From Vibrio vulnificus CMCP6 (GTDB taxonomy: Bacteria > Pseudomonadota > Gammaproteobacteria > Enterobacterales > Vibrionaceae): DNA of 32,000 nt. Of this stretch, positions 1-12,000 are shown one piece after another (the stretch's first letter is position 1; each line of letters opens with the position of its first letter). The notes beneath the pieces were generated by a model. It saw nothing but the letters and a program-made list of their open reading frames with translations, was not told the origin of the DNA and did no database searches. Position numbers and translations under genes: made by a program. The stretch lies in NCBI RefSeq assembly GCF_000039765.1, contig NC_004459.3, positions 1,860,001 to 1,892,000 of the forward strand, in the 5' to 3' direction.

Positions 1-343
1 CGTTAAAGCGGGTGTGAAACCGTTGGATTTCACACAAGTTGGCGAACTCACTTTCCTACAACCTGATTTTGAACGTTACCCGTGTTTGGCACTAGCGATT
101 GAGGCGTGTTACTTAGGTCAGCATGCGACAACGACGCTTAATGCTGCCAATGAAGTGGCGGTGGCGGCATTTCTTGCTCGCCAAATTAAATTTACAGATA
201 TCGCCAGGGTGAATGACTCAGTTTTAAACCAAGTATGTAAACAGTCGTTAGCATCCGGCCTAGATAGCTTGGAAAGCTTATTAGAGCTCGATAGAATGGC
301 AAGAACATTAGCCGATGAAGTTGTTAGAGAGCGTGCACAATGA
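1..343 (+). CDS. dxr: 1-deoxy-D-xylulose-5-phosphate reductoisomerase, C-terminal fragment (gene runs off the left edge; codon phase starts at nt 2)
   Basis: The frame is open to the window edge. NAANEVAVAAFLARQIKFTDIA matches the conserved C-terminal region of E. coli Dxr as I recall it. The stop overlaps the rseP start as ATGA (340-343). Confidence 0.85.
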   Translation, partial: VKAGVKPLDFTQVGELTFLQPDFERYPCLALAIEACYLGQHATTTLNAANEVAVAAFLARQIKFTDIARVNDSVLNQVCKQSLASGLDSLESLLELDRMARTLADEVVRERAQ

Positions 344-1698
344 CAGATATCTTGTGGAACCTAGTCTCCTTTATCGTTGCGCTGGGCATCTTGGTGGCCG
401 TGCACGAGTTTGGCCACTTTTGGGTCGCGCGCCGTTGTGGCGTGAAAGTAGAGAAGTTTTCAATTGGCTTCGGTAAATCCATTTGGAGTAAGGTCGGCCA
501 AGACGGCACCGAGTACAGTATTTCCGTGATCCCTTTAGGGGGCTACGTCAAAATGCTGGATGGACGTGTTGATGAACTCAATGACGATGACCGTCAATAT
601 GCTTTTGATAGCAAACCGTTATGGAAGCGTACTTCCATCGTCGCCGCAGGGCCGATATTTAACTTCTTGTTTGCGATTTTTGCCTACTGGTTAGTCTTTC
701 TCATCGGTATACCAGCCGTCAAACCTGTGATTGGCCCTGTGACCCCGCATTCTATTGTCGCTGAAGCGGGAATTGAAACCGGAATGGAACTAAAAGCCAT
801 TTCAGGTATCAAAACTCCCGATTGGGAATCGGTCAACATGCAGTTGATTTCTCATATTGGTGATGCCCAGATGGCGGTTACGGTAGCGCCTTCCGAGGAA
901 ATAGGCTCCGAACGCACGGTGATGTTGGATATTTCCAATTGGAAGTTTGACCCTGAAAAAGAGTCAGCGATGTTGTCACTCGGTTTTCGTCCTTTTTCGC
1001 CTGAGATCTTCACGCGTTTAGCTAATGTTTCTCAAGGTGGTGCAGGAGAAAAAGCGGGCTTAGTGAACGGTGACCGATTGGTGGCCATCGATCAACAACC
1101 AATTGAACAGTGGGATGATGTTGTAGAGTGGATTCGTTCGAATCCTTCTAAATCATTGTCTGTTGAAGTTGAGCGTGCTGGGCAGAGGCAAGTGCTCACA
1201 TTAACACCAGACAGCCGTTCGTTGTCTGATGGTAGTGTGATCGGTTTTGCAGGTATTGCTCCAGAAGTCGCAGAATGGCCGGAAAGTTATCGCTTCGATC
1301 TCCAATTTGGTGTATTCGAATCTGTAGCCAAAGCCGTTGAGAAAACTGGGCAAGTTATCGATCTGACCATTAGCATGCTGAAGAAGCTGATAACTGGTGA
1401 TGTGGGTTTAAATAACCTAAGCGGACCGATCTCTATTGCCAAAGGTGCAGGCGCCACAGCAGACTATGGCTTAGTCTACTTTCTTGGCTTTCTTGCCCTT
1501 ATCAGTATCAACTTAGGGATAATTAACTTAGTGCCACTTCCAATGTTAGATGGTGGACATCTGTTGTTTTTTGCCATTGAGGCAGTCATCCGACGTCCAG
1601 TGCCTGAGAAAATTCAGGAAATGGGATACCGCATCGGCGGTGCAGTGATTTTTTCACTGATGGCGTTGGCATTATTTAATGATTTTACTCGTCTGTGA
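340..1698 (+). CDS. rseP: RIP zinc metalloprotease RseP (site-2 protease, 452 aa)
   Basis: HEFGHFWVARRCGVKVEKFSIGFG is near-identical to the E. coli RseP N-terminus and contains the HExxH motif. PDZ-like middle region and C-terminal NLxPxxxLDGG motif are present. Length matches E. coli (about 450 aa). It lies directly upstream of bamA. Confidence 0.95.
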   Translation: MTDILWNLVSFIVALGILVAVHEFGHFWVARRCGVKVEKFSIGFGKSIWSKVGQDGTEYSISVIPLGGYVKMLDGRVDELNDDDRQYAFDSKPLWKRTSIVAAGPIFNFLFAIFAYWLVFLIGIPAVKPVIGPVTPHSIVAEAGIETGMELKAISGIKTPDWESVNMQLISHIGDAQMAVTVAPSEEIGSERTVMLDISNWKFDPEKESAMLSLGFRPFSPEIFTRLANVSQGGAGEKAGLVNGDRLVAIDQQPIEQWDDVVEWIRSNPSKSLSVEVERAGQRQVLTLTPDSRSLSDGSVIGFAGIAPEVAEWPESYRFDLQFGVFESVAKAVEKTGQVIDLTISMLKKLITGDVGLNNLSGPISIAKGAGATADYGLVYFLGFLALISINLGIINLVPLPMLDGGHLLFFAIEAVIRRPVPEKIQEMGYRIGGAVIFSLMALALFNDFTRL

Positions 1699-1743
1699 TG
1701 GTTCAGAGACAAAGAGCAGTAGCAAGGAATAATTAAAACAATT

Positions 1744-4158
1744 ATGGCGATCAAGCAGATTCTGTTCGCAACATTATTGGCAACCAGCGTGTCCGCAAAC
1801 GGAGCCCAAAACTTTGTTGTACAAGACATTAAAATTGAAGGACTACAGCGTGTAGCACTCGGTGCTGCATTGCTTAAAATGCCCGTCCGCGTGGGTGATA
1901 CGGTTGAACAAAAAGACGTATCGGCGATCATTAAGGCGTTATACGCATCAGGTAACTTTGAGGATGTCAAAGTTCTCCGTGATGGCGATGTGCTGATAGT
2001 GCAAGTGAAAGAGCGACCAACGATCGCAAGCATTTCGTTTTCTGGTAACAAAGCGATCAAAGAAGAACAGCTTCAACAGAACCTTGATGCTTCGGGTATT
2101 CGTGAGGGCGAGGCGCTTGATCGAACAACCATCAGCAATATTGAGAAAGGTCTCGAAGATTTCTATTACAGCGTGGGCAAATACAACGCAACAGTAAAAG
2201 CAGTTGTGACGCCATTACCACGTAATCGTGCAGACTTAAAATTTGTCTTCACCGAAGGCGTGTCTGCCAAAATTCAGCAAATCAACTTTATCGGCAATAC
2301 CGTTTACTCTGATGACGAGCTACTTTCTCGTTTTAACTTGAACGTGGATGTGCCTTGGTGGAATTTCCTTGCTGATGAGAAGTACCAGAAACAAGTGCTG
2401 TCTGGTGATATTGAAGCGTTGCGCTCTTTCTACCTTGACCGAGGTTACTTAAAGTTCAACGTGGAATCGACTCAAGTGGCTATTTCACCGGACAAGAAGG
2501 GTGTTTATATCACTCTCGTGCTGGATGAGGGCGAACCGTATAGCGTCAAAGAGGTTAACTTCCGTGGTGAACTGATTGGCAAAGAGGAAGAGTTTAAGGC
2601 TCTCGTGCCTTTCGAAGCGGGTGAAACGTATAACGGTTCTGCCGTCACTACGCTTGAAGAAAACATCAAACGTGTATTGGGTGAAGCAGGTTACGCTTAC
2701 CCTAAAGTGAGCACGATTCCTGAATTTGACGATGAGAACAAACAAGTTTCACTGGTTGTTCACGTTGAAGCTGGTAATCGTATCTATGTTCGTGATATCC
2801 GCTTTACTGGTAACAACTCAACACGTGATGAAGTGTTGCGTCGTGAAATGCGTCAAATGGAAGGTAGCTGGTTGAACTCAAAAGCGATTGAAACGGGTAA
2901 AACGCGTTTGAATCGTCTCGGTTTCTTTGAAACGGTGGATGTGCAAACCGTTCGTGTACCGGGCAGCGAAGACCAAGTAGACCTGGTTTACAACGTAAAA
3001 GAAGCAAACTCAGGTAGCGTGAACTTTGGTATTGGCTACGGTACTGAATCGGGCGTGAGCTTCCAGGTTGGTTTGCAGCAAGACAACTTCTTGGGTAGCG
3101 GAAACCGCGTTGGTATCAGCGCGATGATGAACGATTACCAAAAGAACGTGAGCTTAGATTATCGTGACCCATACTGGAACCTCGATGGTGTGAGCCTTGG
3201 CGGTAAGATCTTCTACAACGAGTTTGAAGCATCTGAAGCGGGCATTGTTGACTATACCAATGAAAGTTATGGTGCCAACTTGACATGGGGCTTTCCCTTC
3301 GATGAGTTGAACCGTTTTGAAATTGGTGTGGGTTATACCCACAACAAGATCGGTAACTTGTCACCTTACTTACAGGTAGAACAATTCCTACAAGCACAAG
3401 CGTCGAATATTGACTCTGATGGGGCTTTAAATACCAATGACTTTGATGTCACACTGTCGTGGACGCGTAACAACCTGAACCGTGGTTACTTCCCAACCGC
3501 AGGTAACCATCAGCGCGCATTTTACAAGATGACCGTACCTGGCTCTGACGTTCAGTACTTCAAAATGCAGTACGATGTGAGACAGTATGTTCCGTTAACG
3601 AAGAAACATGAGTTCACTTTGTTGTTCCGTGGTCGCTTGGGTTACGGTAATGGTTATGGTCAAACGGATGGCAATGACAACTTGTTCCCATTCTATGAAA
3701 ACTATTACGCAGGCGGTTTTACCACCTTACGTGGCTTCGGTTCGAACTCAGCAGGCCCGAAAGCGGTTTATCGTGACTACAGTGGTTCAAATAACGGTTC
3801 GGATACCGCGACGGATGACTCAGTGGGTGGTAATGCCATTGCACTGGCCAGTATTGAGTTGATCGTACCAACCCCATTTGCCTCTGATGAAGCACGTAGC
3901 CAAATCCGTACCAGTATTTTCTATGATATGGCGAGCGTTTGGGATACGGAATTTGACTACCGTAAGTCCGGTGCCGATTATGGCAATCAGTACTACTACG
4001 ATTACTCCGATCCAACCAATTACCGTTCATCTTACGGTGTGGCGTTGCAATGGATGTCACCGATGGGACCTTTGGTCTTCTCGTTAGCGAAACCTATTAA
4101 TATTTACGAAGGTGACGACGAAGAATTCTTCACTTTCACAATCGGCAGAACCTTCTAA
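1744..4158 (+). CDS. bamA: Outer membrane protein assembly factor BamA (804 aa)
   Basis: Signal peptide followed by FVVQDIKIEGLQRVALGAALLKMPVRVGDTV...VKERPTIASISFSGNK, which aligns with E. coli BamA POTRA1. C-terminal beta-barrel ends in an aromatic residue (...TFTIGRTF). Confidence 0.97.
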   Translation: MAIKQILFATLLATSVSANGAQNFVVQDIKIEGLQRVALGAALLKMPVRVGDTVEQKDVSAIIKALYASGNFEDVKVLRDGDVLIVQVKERPTIASISFSGNKAIKEEQLQQNLDASGIREGEALDRTTISNIEKGLEDFYYSVGKYNATVKAVVTPLPRNRADLKFVFTEGVSAKIQQINFIGNTVYSDDELLSRFNLNVDVPWWNFLADEKYQKQVLSGDIEALRSFYLDRGYLKFNVESTQVAISPDKKGVYITLVLDEGEPYSVKEVNFRGELIGKEEEFKALVPFEAGETYNGSAVTTLEENIKRVLGEAGYAYPKVSTIPEFDDENKQVSLVVHVEAGNRIYVRDIRFTGNNSTRDEVLRREMRQMEGSWLNSKAIETGKTRLNRLGFFETVDVQTVRVPGSEDQVDLVYNVKEANSGSVNFGIGYGTESGVSFQVGLQQDNFLGSGNRVGISAMMNDYQKNVSLDYRDPYWNLDGVSLGGKIFYNEFEASEAGIVDYTNESYGANLTWGFPFDELNRFEIGVGYTHNKIGNLSPYLQVEQFLQAQASNIDSDGALNTNDFDVTLSWTRNNLNRGYFPTAGNHQRAFYKMTVPGSDVQYFKMQYDVRQYVPLTKKHEFTLLFRGRLGYGNGYGQTDGNDNLFPFYENYYAGGFTTLRGFGSNSAGPKAVYRDYSGSNNGSDTATDDSVGGNAIALASIELIVPTPFASDEARSQIRTSIFYDMASVWDTEFDYRKSGADYGNQYYYDYSDPTNYRSSYGVALQWMSPMGPLVFSLAKPINIYEGDDEEFFTFTIGRTF

Positions 4159-4168
4159 AACAGAGGAA

Positions 4169-4684
4169 ATGATTTTGAACAAAATGATCAAAGCGGCTGG
4201 TGTTGGCCTTCTAGTACTAAGTTCTTCTATGTTTGCAACGGCAGCTGAAGCTGCGCAGAAAGTTGCTTACATCAACACAGCGCAAGTTTTCCAAGCATTG
4301 CCACAGCGTGAAGTGGTGTTGCAGAAGATGCAGGAAGAGTTCAAAGACAAAGCCGCTGAACTGCAAGCGATTCAGGCGGAAGCTAAGACTAAGATCGAAA
4401 AGCTAAAACGCGATGGCGAGCTGTTAGGTCAAGAAGAAGTTGAAAAACTGCGAATCGAGATTGGTCAGCTAGACAGCAAGTACAAGATCAAAGCACAAGC
4501 ACTAGAGCAAGCGAGCGCGCGTCGCGAAGCGGAAGAGAAACAAAAACTGTTTAAAGTGATTCAAGACGCCGTCAAAGTGGTTGCAGAGAAAGAAGGCTAC
4601 GACATGGTCATCGACATCACTGCACTACAATATGGTAAGCCTGAGTACAATATCTCTGAGAAAGTGATTAAATCCATTAAATAA
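4169..4684 (+). CDS. skp: Periplasmic chaperone Skp/OmpH (start uncertain: ATG 4169, TTG 4175 or ATG 4184, all in frame)
   Basis: Signal peptide ([21 protein letters not shown]) followed by a coiled-coil K/E/Q-rich body typical of Skp. It sits between bamA and lpxD. The ORF-track start at 4112 overlaps bamA and lacks a signal-peptide context. GAGGA at 4163-4167 is a candidate SD. Confidence 0.85.
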
Positions 4685-4692
4685 TTATTCTT

Positions 4693-5724
4693 ATGATGAC
4701 ACTGACATTAGCTGAATTAGCAAAAATTACCGGGGGAGAGTTGCACGGAGATGAAACGGTTTGCGTTTCGCGTGTGGCTCCAATGGATAAAGCGGGTGAA
4801 GGAGACGTCACGTTTCTTTCTAATCCAAAATACGCAGTACATTTAGCCGAGTGTAAGGCGACGGTTGTGATGCTGAAGGCGGAACAACGTAAGCATTGCT
4901 CTGGTCACGTTCTCGTGGTCGACGACCCTTATGTTGCTTTTGCTAAAGTGGCGCAAGCGTTAGACACAACACCAAAACCAGCGGATGGCATTGCGCCATC
5001 CGCAGTGATCGCCTCTGATGCGATATTGGGACAGAACGTTTCGATTGGCGCAAATGCAGTGATCGAAACAGGTGTGACGCTTGGTGATAATGTTGTCATC
5101 GGTGCGGGTTGCTTTATCGGTAAAAATGCCGCAATAGGTCAAAATACCAAGTTGTGGGCTAATGTCACCATCTACCATCAAGTTCAAATTGGTGCGGATT
5201 GTTTAATCCAAGCGGGCACCGTGATTGGTTCGGATGGTTTTGGTTATGCGAATGACCGTGGTGAGTGGATCAAAATCCCACAGTTGGGTTCCGTGCGTAT
5301 CGGAAACCGTGTGGAGATTGGTGCATGTACCACCATCGACCGCGGTGCGCTTGATGATACGATCATCGAAGACAACGTGGTGTTGGATAACCAACTGCAA
5401 ATCGCACACAACGTGCACATCGGATATGGTACCGTGATGCCTGGTGGTACAGTAGTCGCTGGCAGTACTACCATTGGTAAGTATTGCGCGATTGGTGGAG
5501 CATCGGTGATCAACGGTCACATTACCATTGCTGACGGTGTCAATATCACCGGTATGGGCATGGTGATGCGCAGCATCGAAGAAAAAGGTGTCTATTCTTC
5601 AGGTATTCCGTTGCAAACCAATAAAGAGTGGCGTAAAACCGCAGCTCGCGTCCATCGCATTGAAGAAATGAATAAGCGTTTGAAGGCGATTGAGAAAATC
5701 GTCGAGCAGAAAAAGGAAGATTAA
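4693..5724 (+). CDS. lpxD: UDP-3-O-(3-hydroxyacyl)glucosamine N-acyltransferase LpxD (343 aa)
   Basis: N-terminal domain plus a long left-handed beta-helix hexapeptide-repeat region (IGxNxxIxxxxxIG periodicity) and a C-terminal helix. The skp-lpxD-fabZ-lpxA order is conserved. Confidence 0.95.
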
Positions 5725-5742
5725 TTCCAATTTCTTGCAAAA

Positions 5743-5766
5743 GGCTCGCCAACAGCGAGTCTTTTT
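5743..5766 (+). terminator. Weak rho-independent terminator or attenuator after lpxD
   Basis: Stem GGCTCGC (5743-5749) pairs with GCGAGTC (5755-5761), 7 bp with one G-U. Loop CAACA, then TTTTT (5762-5766). Confidence 0.45.
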
Positions 5767-5816
5767 CTTCTATAATGACGCGCTATATTTCCAAGAATTA
5801 ATATAGGAATAAGACT

Positions 5817-6269
5817 TTGACTACTGAAAAGAAAACGATGAATATCTCTGAAATTCAAGAGCTACTTCCTCATCGCTACCCATTCTTGCTGATCGACCGT
5901 GTCGTAGATTTCCAAGAAGAAAAATATCTTCATGCGATTAAAAATGTGTCGGTTAACGAGCCTCAGTTTACAGGTCATTTCCCGCAACTTCCGGTCTTCC
6001 CTGGTGTTCTGATTCTTGAAGCCATGGCTCAGGCAACCGGTTTATTGGCATTTAAATCGTTTGGTGCTCCTTCTGAGAACGAACTGTATTACTTCGCCAG
6101 TGTGGATGGTGCTAAGTTCCGTAAACCAGTTGTACCCGGTGACCAACTTATCATCGAAGTCGAATTCATTAAAGAGCGTCGCGGTATTGCCGCTTTCACC
6201 GGTGTGGCAAAAGTGGATGGTGACGTTGTTTGTTCTGCTGAACTGAAATGTGCTCGTAGAGAGTTTTAA
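5817..6269 (+). CDS. fabZ: 3-hydroxyacyl-ACP dehydratase FabZ (150 aa, TTG start)
   Basis: MTTEKKT...[14 protein letters not shown]...[10 protein letters not shown]...[14 protein letters not shown] is close to E. coli FabZ. The E. coli gene also uses a TTG start. Confidence 0.95.
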   Translation: MTTEKKTMNISEIQELLPHRYPFLLIDRVVDFQEEKYLHAIKNVSVNEPQFTGHFPQLPVFPGVLILEAMAQATGLLAFKSFGAPSENELYYFASVDGAKFRKPVVPGDQLIIEVEFIKERRGIAAFTGVAKVDGDVVCSAELKCARREF

Positions 6270-6270
6270 T

Positions 6271-7059
6271 ATGATTGATGCAACTGCGCAAATCCACCCA
6301 ACAGCGGTGGTAGAAGAAGGCGCTGTGATAGGTGCCAACGTTAAAATTGGTCCTTTTTGCTATGTGGATAGCAAAGTTGAAATTGGCGAAGGCACGGAAC
6401 TGCTTTCTCATGTTGTGGTGAAAGGACCAACCAAAATTGGTAAAGAAAACCGCATTTTCCAGTTTGCATCTATCGGTGAACAATGTCAGGACCTTAAATA
6501 CGCAGGCGAAGACACTCAGCTCGTGATTGGTGATCGCAATACCATCCGTGAAAGCGTCACTATGCACCGTGGTACGGTTCAAGACAAAGGTATTACTATC
6601 GTTGGTAGTGATAACCTATTTATGATCAATGCTCACGTTGCCCATGATTGTGTGATTGGTGATCGCTGTATTTTTGCCAACAATGCTACCCTCGCTGGGC
6701 ACGTCAAAGTCGGTAACCAAGCGATTGTCGGTGGTATGTCTGCGATTCACCAGTTCTGCCATATCGGTGATCACTGTATGCTGGGTGGCGGTTCTATTGT
6801 GGTTCAAGATGTGCCTCCTTACGTGATGGCACAAGGCAATCACTGCGCACCGTTTGGCATCAATGTGGAAGGTTTGAAGCGTCGCGGTTTCGAGAAGAAA
6901 GAAATTCTTGCTATTCGCCGTGCATACAAAACGCTTTACCGCAGTGGTTTAACCCTAGAAGCGGCAAAAGAAGAAATCGCGAAAGAGACGGAAGCGTTTC
7001 CTGCGGTTAAGCTGTTTTTGGAGTTTTTGGAAAAATCACAGCGTGGCATTATTCGCTAA
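6271..7059 (+). CDS. lpxA: Acyl-ACP--UDP-GlcNAc O-acyltransferase LpxA (262 aa)
   Basis: [30 protein letters not shown] aligns with the E. coli LpxA N-terminus (MIDKSAFVHPTAIVEEGA...), giving the same 262-aa length. I prefer ATG 6271, 1 nt after the fabZ stop, over the ORF-track GTG at 6250. Confidence 0.95.
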   Translation: MIDATAQIHPTAVVEEGAVIGANVKIGPFCYVDSKVEIGEGTELLSHVVVKGPTKIGKENRIFQFASIGEQCQDLKYAGEDTQLVIGDRNTIRESVTMHRGTVQDKGITIVGSDNLFMINAHVAHDCVIGDRCIFANNATLAGHVKVGNQAIVGGMSAIHQFCHIGDHCMLGGGSIVVQDVPPYVMAQGNHCAPFGINVEGLKRRGFEKKEILAIRRAYKTLYRSGLTLEAAKEEIAKETEAFPAVKLFLEFLEKSQRGIIR

Positions 7060-7087
7060 TCGCTCGGATTTGACATACTGTACAAAA

Positions 7088-7123
7088 GATCGCCGTCTCT
7101 GATGGCGGTCTTTTTGTGTTTTT
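7088..7123 (+). terminator. Rho-independent terminator after lpxA
   Basis: Stem GATCGCC (7088-7094) pairs with GGCGGTC (7104-7110). 9-nt loop, then TTTTTGTGTTTTT. Confidence 0.6.
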
Positions 7124-7151
7124 AGCGTGGAACAAAAAAGGTCTGTAAACC

Positions 7152-8294
7152 ATGAGCAACAAGCCATTGCGTATTGGAATTGTCGCTGGAGAGCTCTCTG
7201 GTGATACGCTAGGTGAAGGCTTTATTAAAGCAATCAAAGCCGTTCATCCTGATGCAGAATTTGTTGGTATCGGTGGGCCAAAGATGATCGCTCTAGGCTG
7301 CCAGTCGCTGTTTGATATGGAAGAGTTGGCGGTGATGGGGCTGGTGGAAGTCTTGGGACGCTTACCTCGCTTACTGAAAGTGAAAGCGGAACTGGTGCGT
7401 TACTTTACCGAAAATCCCCCCGATGTATTTGTCGGTATTGACGCGCCAGACTTTAACTTACGCCTTGAGTTAGATCTGAAAAACGCCGGAATTAAAACGG
7501 TGCATTATGTGAGTCCTTCGGTTTGGGCTTGGCGTCAGAAACGCATTTTCAAAATCGCGAAAGCCACCCACTTAGTATTGGCATTTCTGCCCTTCGAAAA
7601 AGCGTTTTACGACAAATTTAATGTCCCTTGTGAGTTTATTGGCCATACTCTCGCCGATGCTATTCCGTTGGAATCAGACAAAGCGCCAGCTCGTGAGTTG
7701 CTTGGGTTGGAACAAGACAAGCAATGGTTGGCAGTGCTGCCGGGCAGCCGCGGTAGTGAGTTGAAAATGCTGTCGCAACCATTCATTGAAACGTGTAAGA
7801 AACTGCAGCAGGCATTCCCAGAACTGGGGTTTGTTGTCGCGTTAGTCAACCAAAAACGGCGCGAGCAGTTTGAACAAGCGTGGAAAGAATACGCGCCAGA
7901 GTTGGATTTCAAACTGGTGGATGATACCGCGCGAAATGTCATTACAGCCTCAGATGCGGTCATGCTTGCCTCGGGTACCGTGGCACTCGAATGCATGTTA
8001 CTTAAGCGTCCAATGGTGGTGGGCTATCGTGTCAATGCAGTGACGGCTTTCCTCGCTAAGCGCCTGCTTAAAACCCAATACGTCTCGTTGCCAAACATTC
8101 TGGCCGACACCGAGTTGGTAAAAGAATATCTTCAAGATGACTGCACGCCAGACAATTTGTTTGGCGAGGTATCTCGCTTGTTAGAAGGTGACAACCACCA
8201 AATGTTGGATAAGTTCACCGAGATGCATCATTGGATCCGCAAAGATGCCGACCAACAAGCGGCTAATGCAGTGTTAAAGTTGATTGAGAAATAG
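7152..8294 (+). CDS. lpxB: Lipid-A-disaccharide synthase LpxB (380 aa)
   Basis: [42 protein letters not shown] and [18 protein letters not shown] are near-identical to E. coli LpxB blocks. Confidence 0.95.
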   Translation: MSNKPLRIGIVAGELSGDTLGEGFIKAIKAVHPDAEFVGIGGPKMIALGCQSLFDMEELAVMGLVEVLGRLPRLLKVKAELVRYFTENPPDVFVGIDAPDFNLRLELDLKNAGIKTVHYVSPSVWAWRQKRIFKIAKATHLVLAFLPFEKAFYDKFNVPCEFIGHTLADAIPLESDKAPARELLGLEQDKQWLAVLPGSRGSELKMLSQPFIETCKKLQQAFPELGFVVALVNQKRREQFEQAWKEYAPELDFKLVDDTARNVITASDAVMLASGTVALECMLLKRPMVVGYRVNAVTAFLAKRLLKTQYVSLPNILADTELVKEYLQDDCTPDNLFGEVSRLLEGDNHQMLDKFTEMHHWIRKDADQQAANAVLKLIEK

Positions 8295-8297
8295 AAG

Positions 8298-8921
8298 ATG
8301 GCAGCAAAAGAAACCAAAGAATTACCTCCTTTTGAATATCCTCAGGGCTATCACTGCATTGCGGGGGTGGATGAAGTGGGGCGAGGTCCACTGGTGGGGG
8401 ATGTCGTCACCGCAGCGGTGATTTTAGATCCGAACAATCCGATAGAAGGGTTGAACGATTCAAAAAAACTGAGCGAAAAAAAACGCTTAGCCTTGTTGCC
8501 AGAAATTCAAGAGAAAGCGCTGGCGTGGGCTGTTGGCCGCTGTTCGCCAGAAGAAATCGACCAGTTGAACATCTTGCAAGCCACCATGGTGGCGATGCAA
8601 CGCGCGGTTGAAGGACTGGCTGTTAAGCCTGATCTGGTGCTTATTGACGGCAACCGTTGCCCAGCTTTACCAATGGACAGTCAAGCGGTGGTCAAAGGTG
8701 ACTTACGCGTAGCTCAAATCAGTGCGGCTTCTATCATTGCCAAAGTCGTACGTGACCAAGAGATGGAAGAGCTCGACAAGCAGTACCCACAATTTGGCTT
8801 TGCTCAGCACAAAGGCTACCCAACCAAAGCGCATTTTGATGCAATCGAAAAGCACGGTGTGATTGAGCAACACCGCAAAAGTTTCAAGCCGGTTAAGAAA
8901 GCACTAGGCATTGAAGAGTAA
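8298..8921 (+). CDS. rnhB: Ribonuclease HII (207 aa)
   Basis: The [21 protein letters not shown] catalytic DEDD N-terminal motif and KGYPT are present. The lpxB-rnhB-dnaE order is conserved. Confidence 0.95.
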   Translation: MAAKETKELPPFEYPQGYHCIAGVDEVGRGPLVGDVVTAAVILDPNNPIEGLNDSKKLSEKKRLALLPEIQEKALAWAVGRCSPEEIDQLNILQATMVAMQRAVEGLAVKPDLVLIDGNRCPALPMDSQAVVKGDLRVAQISAASIIAKVVRDQEMEELDKQYPQFGFAQHKGYPTKAHFDAIEKHGVIEQHRKSFKPVKKALGIEE

Positions 8922-9034
8922 CAAAGCAGCAGGCACTGCAAACTGCCTGATGTTACCCAGCGTAAAGGGTGTCACTTGTCCCTTTTCTTGGGGTAAAATC
9001 GGCACAAAACAGAAGTTAAAAACGGTATCACGTC

Positions 9035-12000
9035 ATGTCTGACCCAAAATTTGTTCACCTGCGAATACACAGTGATTTTTCAATGGTGGATGGCATCAAT
9101 AAAGTTCCGGCTCTGGTCAAACAGGTGGCGGCGCTCGGTATGCCTGCAATGGCGCTGACAGACTTTACCAACCTATGTGGCTTGGTGAAATTTTATGGCG
9201 CAGCCCATGGTAACGGCATTAAGCCTATCATTGGTGCTGATTTCAAAATGCAATCGCCCGAATTTGGCGACGAACTCACCCAGCTAACCGTCTTGGCGGC
9301 AGATAATACCGGCTACAAAAACCTGACCCTGCTGATTTCCAAAGCCTACTTGCGAGGTCATGTTCAACATCAACCTGTCATCGATAAAGAGTGGTTGATT
9401 GAGCTATCAGAAGGATTGATCATCCTTTCAGGTGCACGTAACGGTGAAATAGGTAAAGCACTGCTGAAAGGCAATCAAAAATTGGTCGAAAGCTGTGTTG
9501 ATTTTTATCAGCAACATTTTGCCGATCGCTTTTATGTGGAGTTGATCCGTACCGGTCGTTCTGACGAAGAAACCTACCTGCATTTTGCCATCGAACTGGC
9601 AGAGCAATACGATCTCCCTGTGGTGGCCACTAACGAAGTAGTCTTTATTGGACAAGAGCTGTTCGACGCTCACGAAATTCGCGTTGCGATTCATGATGGC
9701 TATACGTTAGAAGATCCACGTCGCCCTAAAAATTACAGCCCTCAGCAATATTTACGCACCGAAGAAGAGATGTGCGAGCTGTTTGCCGATATTCCTGAAG
9801 CGCTTGAAAACAGTGTTGAGATCGCCAAGCGCTGCAACGTTACTGTGCGTCTTTGGGAATATTTCCTTCCTGCGTTTCCAACCGAAGGGATGGCAGAAAC
9901 CGAGTTCTTGGTGATGAAATCCAAAGAGGGCTTGGAAGAGCGTCTCGAGTTTCTTTTCCCTGATCCTGAGATTCGCGCGCAACGTCGTCCTGAGTATGAC
10001 GAACGTTTGCAGGTCGAACTCGATGTGATTAACCAAATGGGCTTCCCGGGTTACTTCCTGATCGTAATGGAGTTTATCCAGTGGTCGAAAGACAACGGTA
10101 TTCCTGTTGGCCCTGGCCGTGGTTCTGGTGCGGGTTCGCTGGTGGCCTACGCATTGAAAATCACCGACCTTGATCCGTTGGAATATGATCTGCTGTTCGA
10201 ACGTTTCTTGAACCCAGAACGTGTATCCATGCCCGATTTCGACGTCGACTTCTGTATGGATAAACGTGACCAAGTGATTGACCACGTGGCCGAAATGTAT
10301 GGCCGAGATGCGGTATCACAGATCATCACTTTCGGGACCATGGCAGCCAAAGCTGTTATTCGCGATGTGGGCCGAGTACTTGGCCACCCGTTTGGTTTTG
10401 TTGATCGCATTTCAAAATTGGTGCCACCCGATCCAGGTATGACGCTGGAAAAAGCATTTAAGGCGGAACCTGCATTACCTGAGCTGTATGAAGCTGATGA
10501 GGAAGTGAAAGAGCTCATCGACATGTGCCGCATTTTGGAAGGCTGTACACGAAATGCCGGTAAGCACGCGGGTGGGGTGGTGATCTCTCCAACCACGATC
10601 ACCGATTTTGCGCCGATTTACGCCGATGCAGAAGGTAACTTCCCCGTTACTCAGTTTGACAAAAACGACGTTGAAACCGCCGGTTTGGTTAAGTTTGACT
10701 TCTTGGGACTGCGCACGTTAACCATTATTGACTGGGCGTTAGGTTTGATTAACCCGCGCTTAGAGCGTGAAGGCAAAGCGCCAGTTCGCATCGAGTCGAT
10801 CCCGCTCGACGATCCGGCATCGTTCCGTATATTGCAAAACTCGGAAACGACAGCGGTTTTCCAGCTTGAATCGCGCGGCATGAAAGAGCTGATCAAACGC
10901 CTTCAGCCGGACTGTTTTGAAGACATCATCGCACTGGTGGCGCTGTTCCGTCCGGGGCCGTTGCAATCGGGCATGGTAGATAACTTTATCGACCGTAAAC
11001 ATGGCCGAGAAGCCATCTCTTACCCGGATGAGAAGTGGCAACATGAGTCGTTAAAAGAGATTCTTGACCCAACCTACGGCATCATCCTGTATCAAGAACA
11101 GGTTATGCAAATCGCTCAGGTACTCTCTGGGTATACCCTTGGTGGTGCGGACATGCTGCGCCGTGCTATGGGTAAGAAAAAACCAGAAGAGATGGCCAAG
11201 CAGCGCGCTACCTTTGAAGAAGGCGCGGTGAAAAATGGCATCGATGGCGAGTTGGCGATGAAAATCTTCGACTTGGTAGAGAAATTTGCGGGCTACGGTT
11301 TCAACAAATCGCACTCTGCTGCCTACGCTTTGGTGTCATATCAAACCCTTTGGCTGAAAACGCATTATCCAGCCGAGTTCATGGCCGCGGTAATGACCGC
11401 AGATATGGACAACACTGAAAAAGTGGTTGGCTTGGTGGACGAATGTTTCCGCATGAAACTCACGGTACTACCACCGGATATTAACTCAGGTCTGTACCGT
11501 TTCAACGTGGACGAAAATGGCGCAATTGTTTACGGTATTGGCGCGATCAAAGGGGTTGGTGAAGGCCCGATTGATGCGATTCTCGAAGCGCGTACCAAAG
11601 GTGGGCACTTCAAAGACTTGTTTGACTTCTGTGCGCGCATTGACTTGAAGAAAGTCAACAAGCGTGTGATTGAGAAACTGATTTACGCAGGTGCGTTGGA
11701 CCGACTTGGCCCGCATCGTGCTGCATTAATGGCGTCATTGGATGACGCGGTGAAAGCGGCGAGCCAACACCATCAAGCGGAAGCATTTGGCCAAGCCGAT
11801 ATGTTTGGTGTATTGACCGATGCGCCGGAAGAGGTGGAACACAAATACATTCAAGTGGAACCTTGGCCAGAAAAAGTGTGGCTTGAAGGGGAACGTGAAA
11901 CGCTGGGCCTTTATTTGACAGGGCACCCAGTTAATGCGTATCTCACGGAACTCAATAAGTACACCAGTTGTCGATTAAAAGACGCCACCCCAACGCGTCG

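Noticed and set aside
1614-2060. 148-aa minus-strand ORF spanning the rseP-bamA junction
   Set aside because: It is antisense to two strongly supported genes, with a low-complexity translation and no start context.
4112-4168. Longer N-termini proposed by the ORF track: skp 4112, lpxA 6250, glnB 15416, mltD 18985, exported protein 21812
   Set aside because: The extensions overlap upstream genes or precede canonical N-termini or signal peptides. Internal starts give orthologue-matching lengths (LpxA 262 aa, GlnB 112 aa) and better SD spacing.
5771-5776. Perfect TATAAT about 40 nt upstream of the fabZ TTG start as a promoter
   Set aside because: No acceptable -35 at 16-19 nt spacing (the nearest TTGCAA is 30 nt away). 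It may be real, but the sequence alone does not support it.
8930-8949. Hairpin CAGGCA...TGCCTG in the rnhB-dnaE spacer
   Set aside because: Only a 6-bp stem, with no U-tract. Insufficient for a terminator call.
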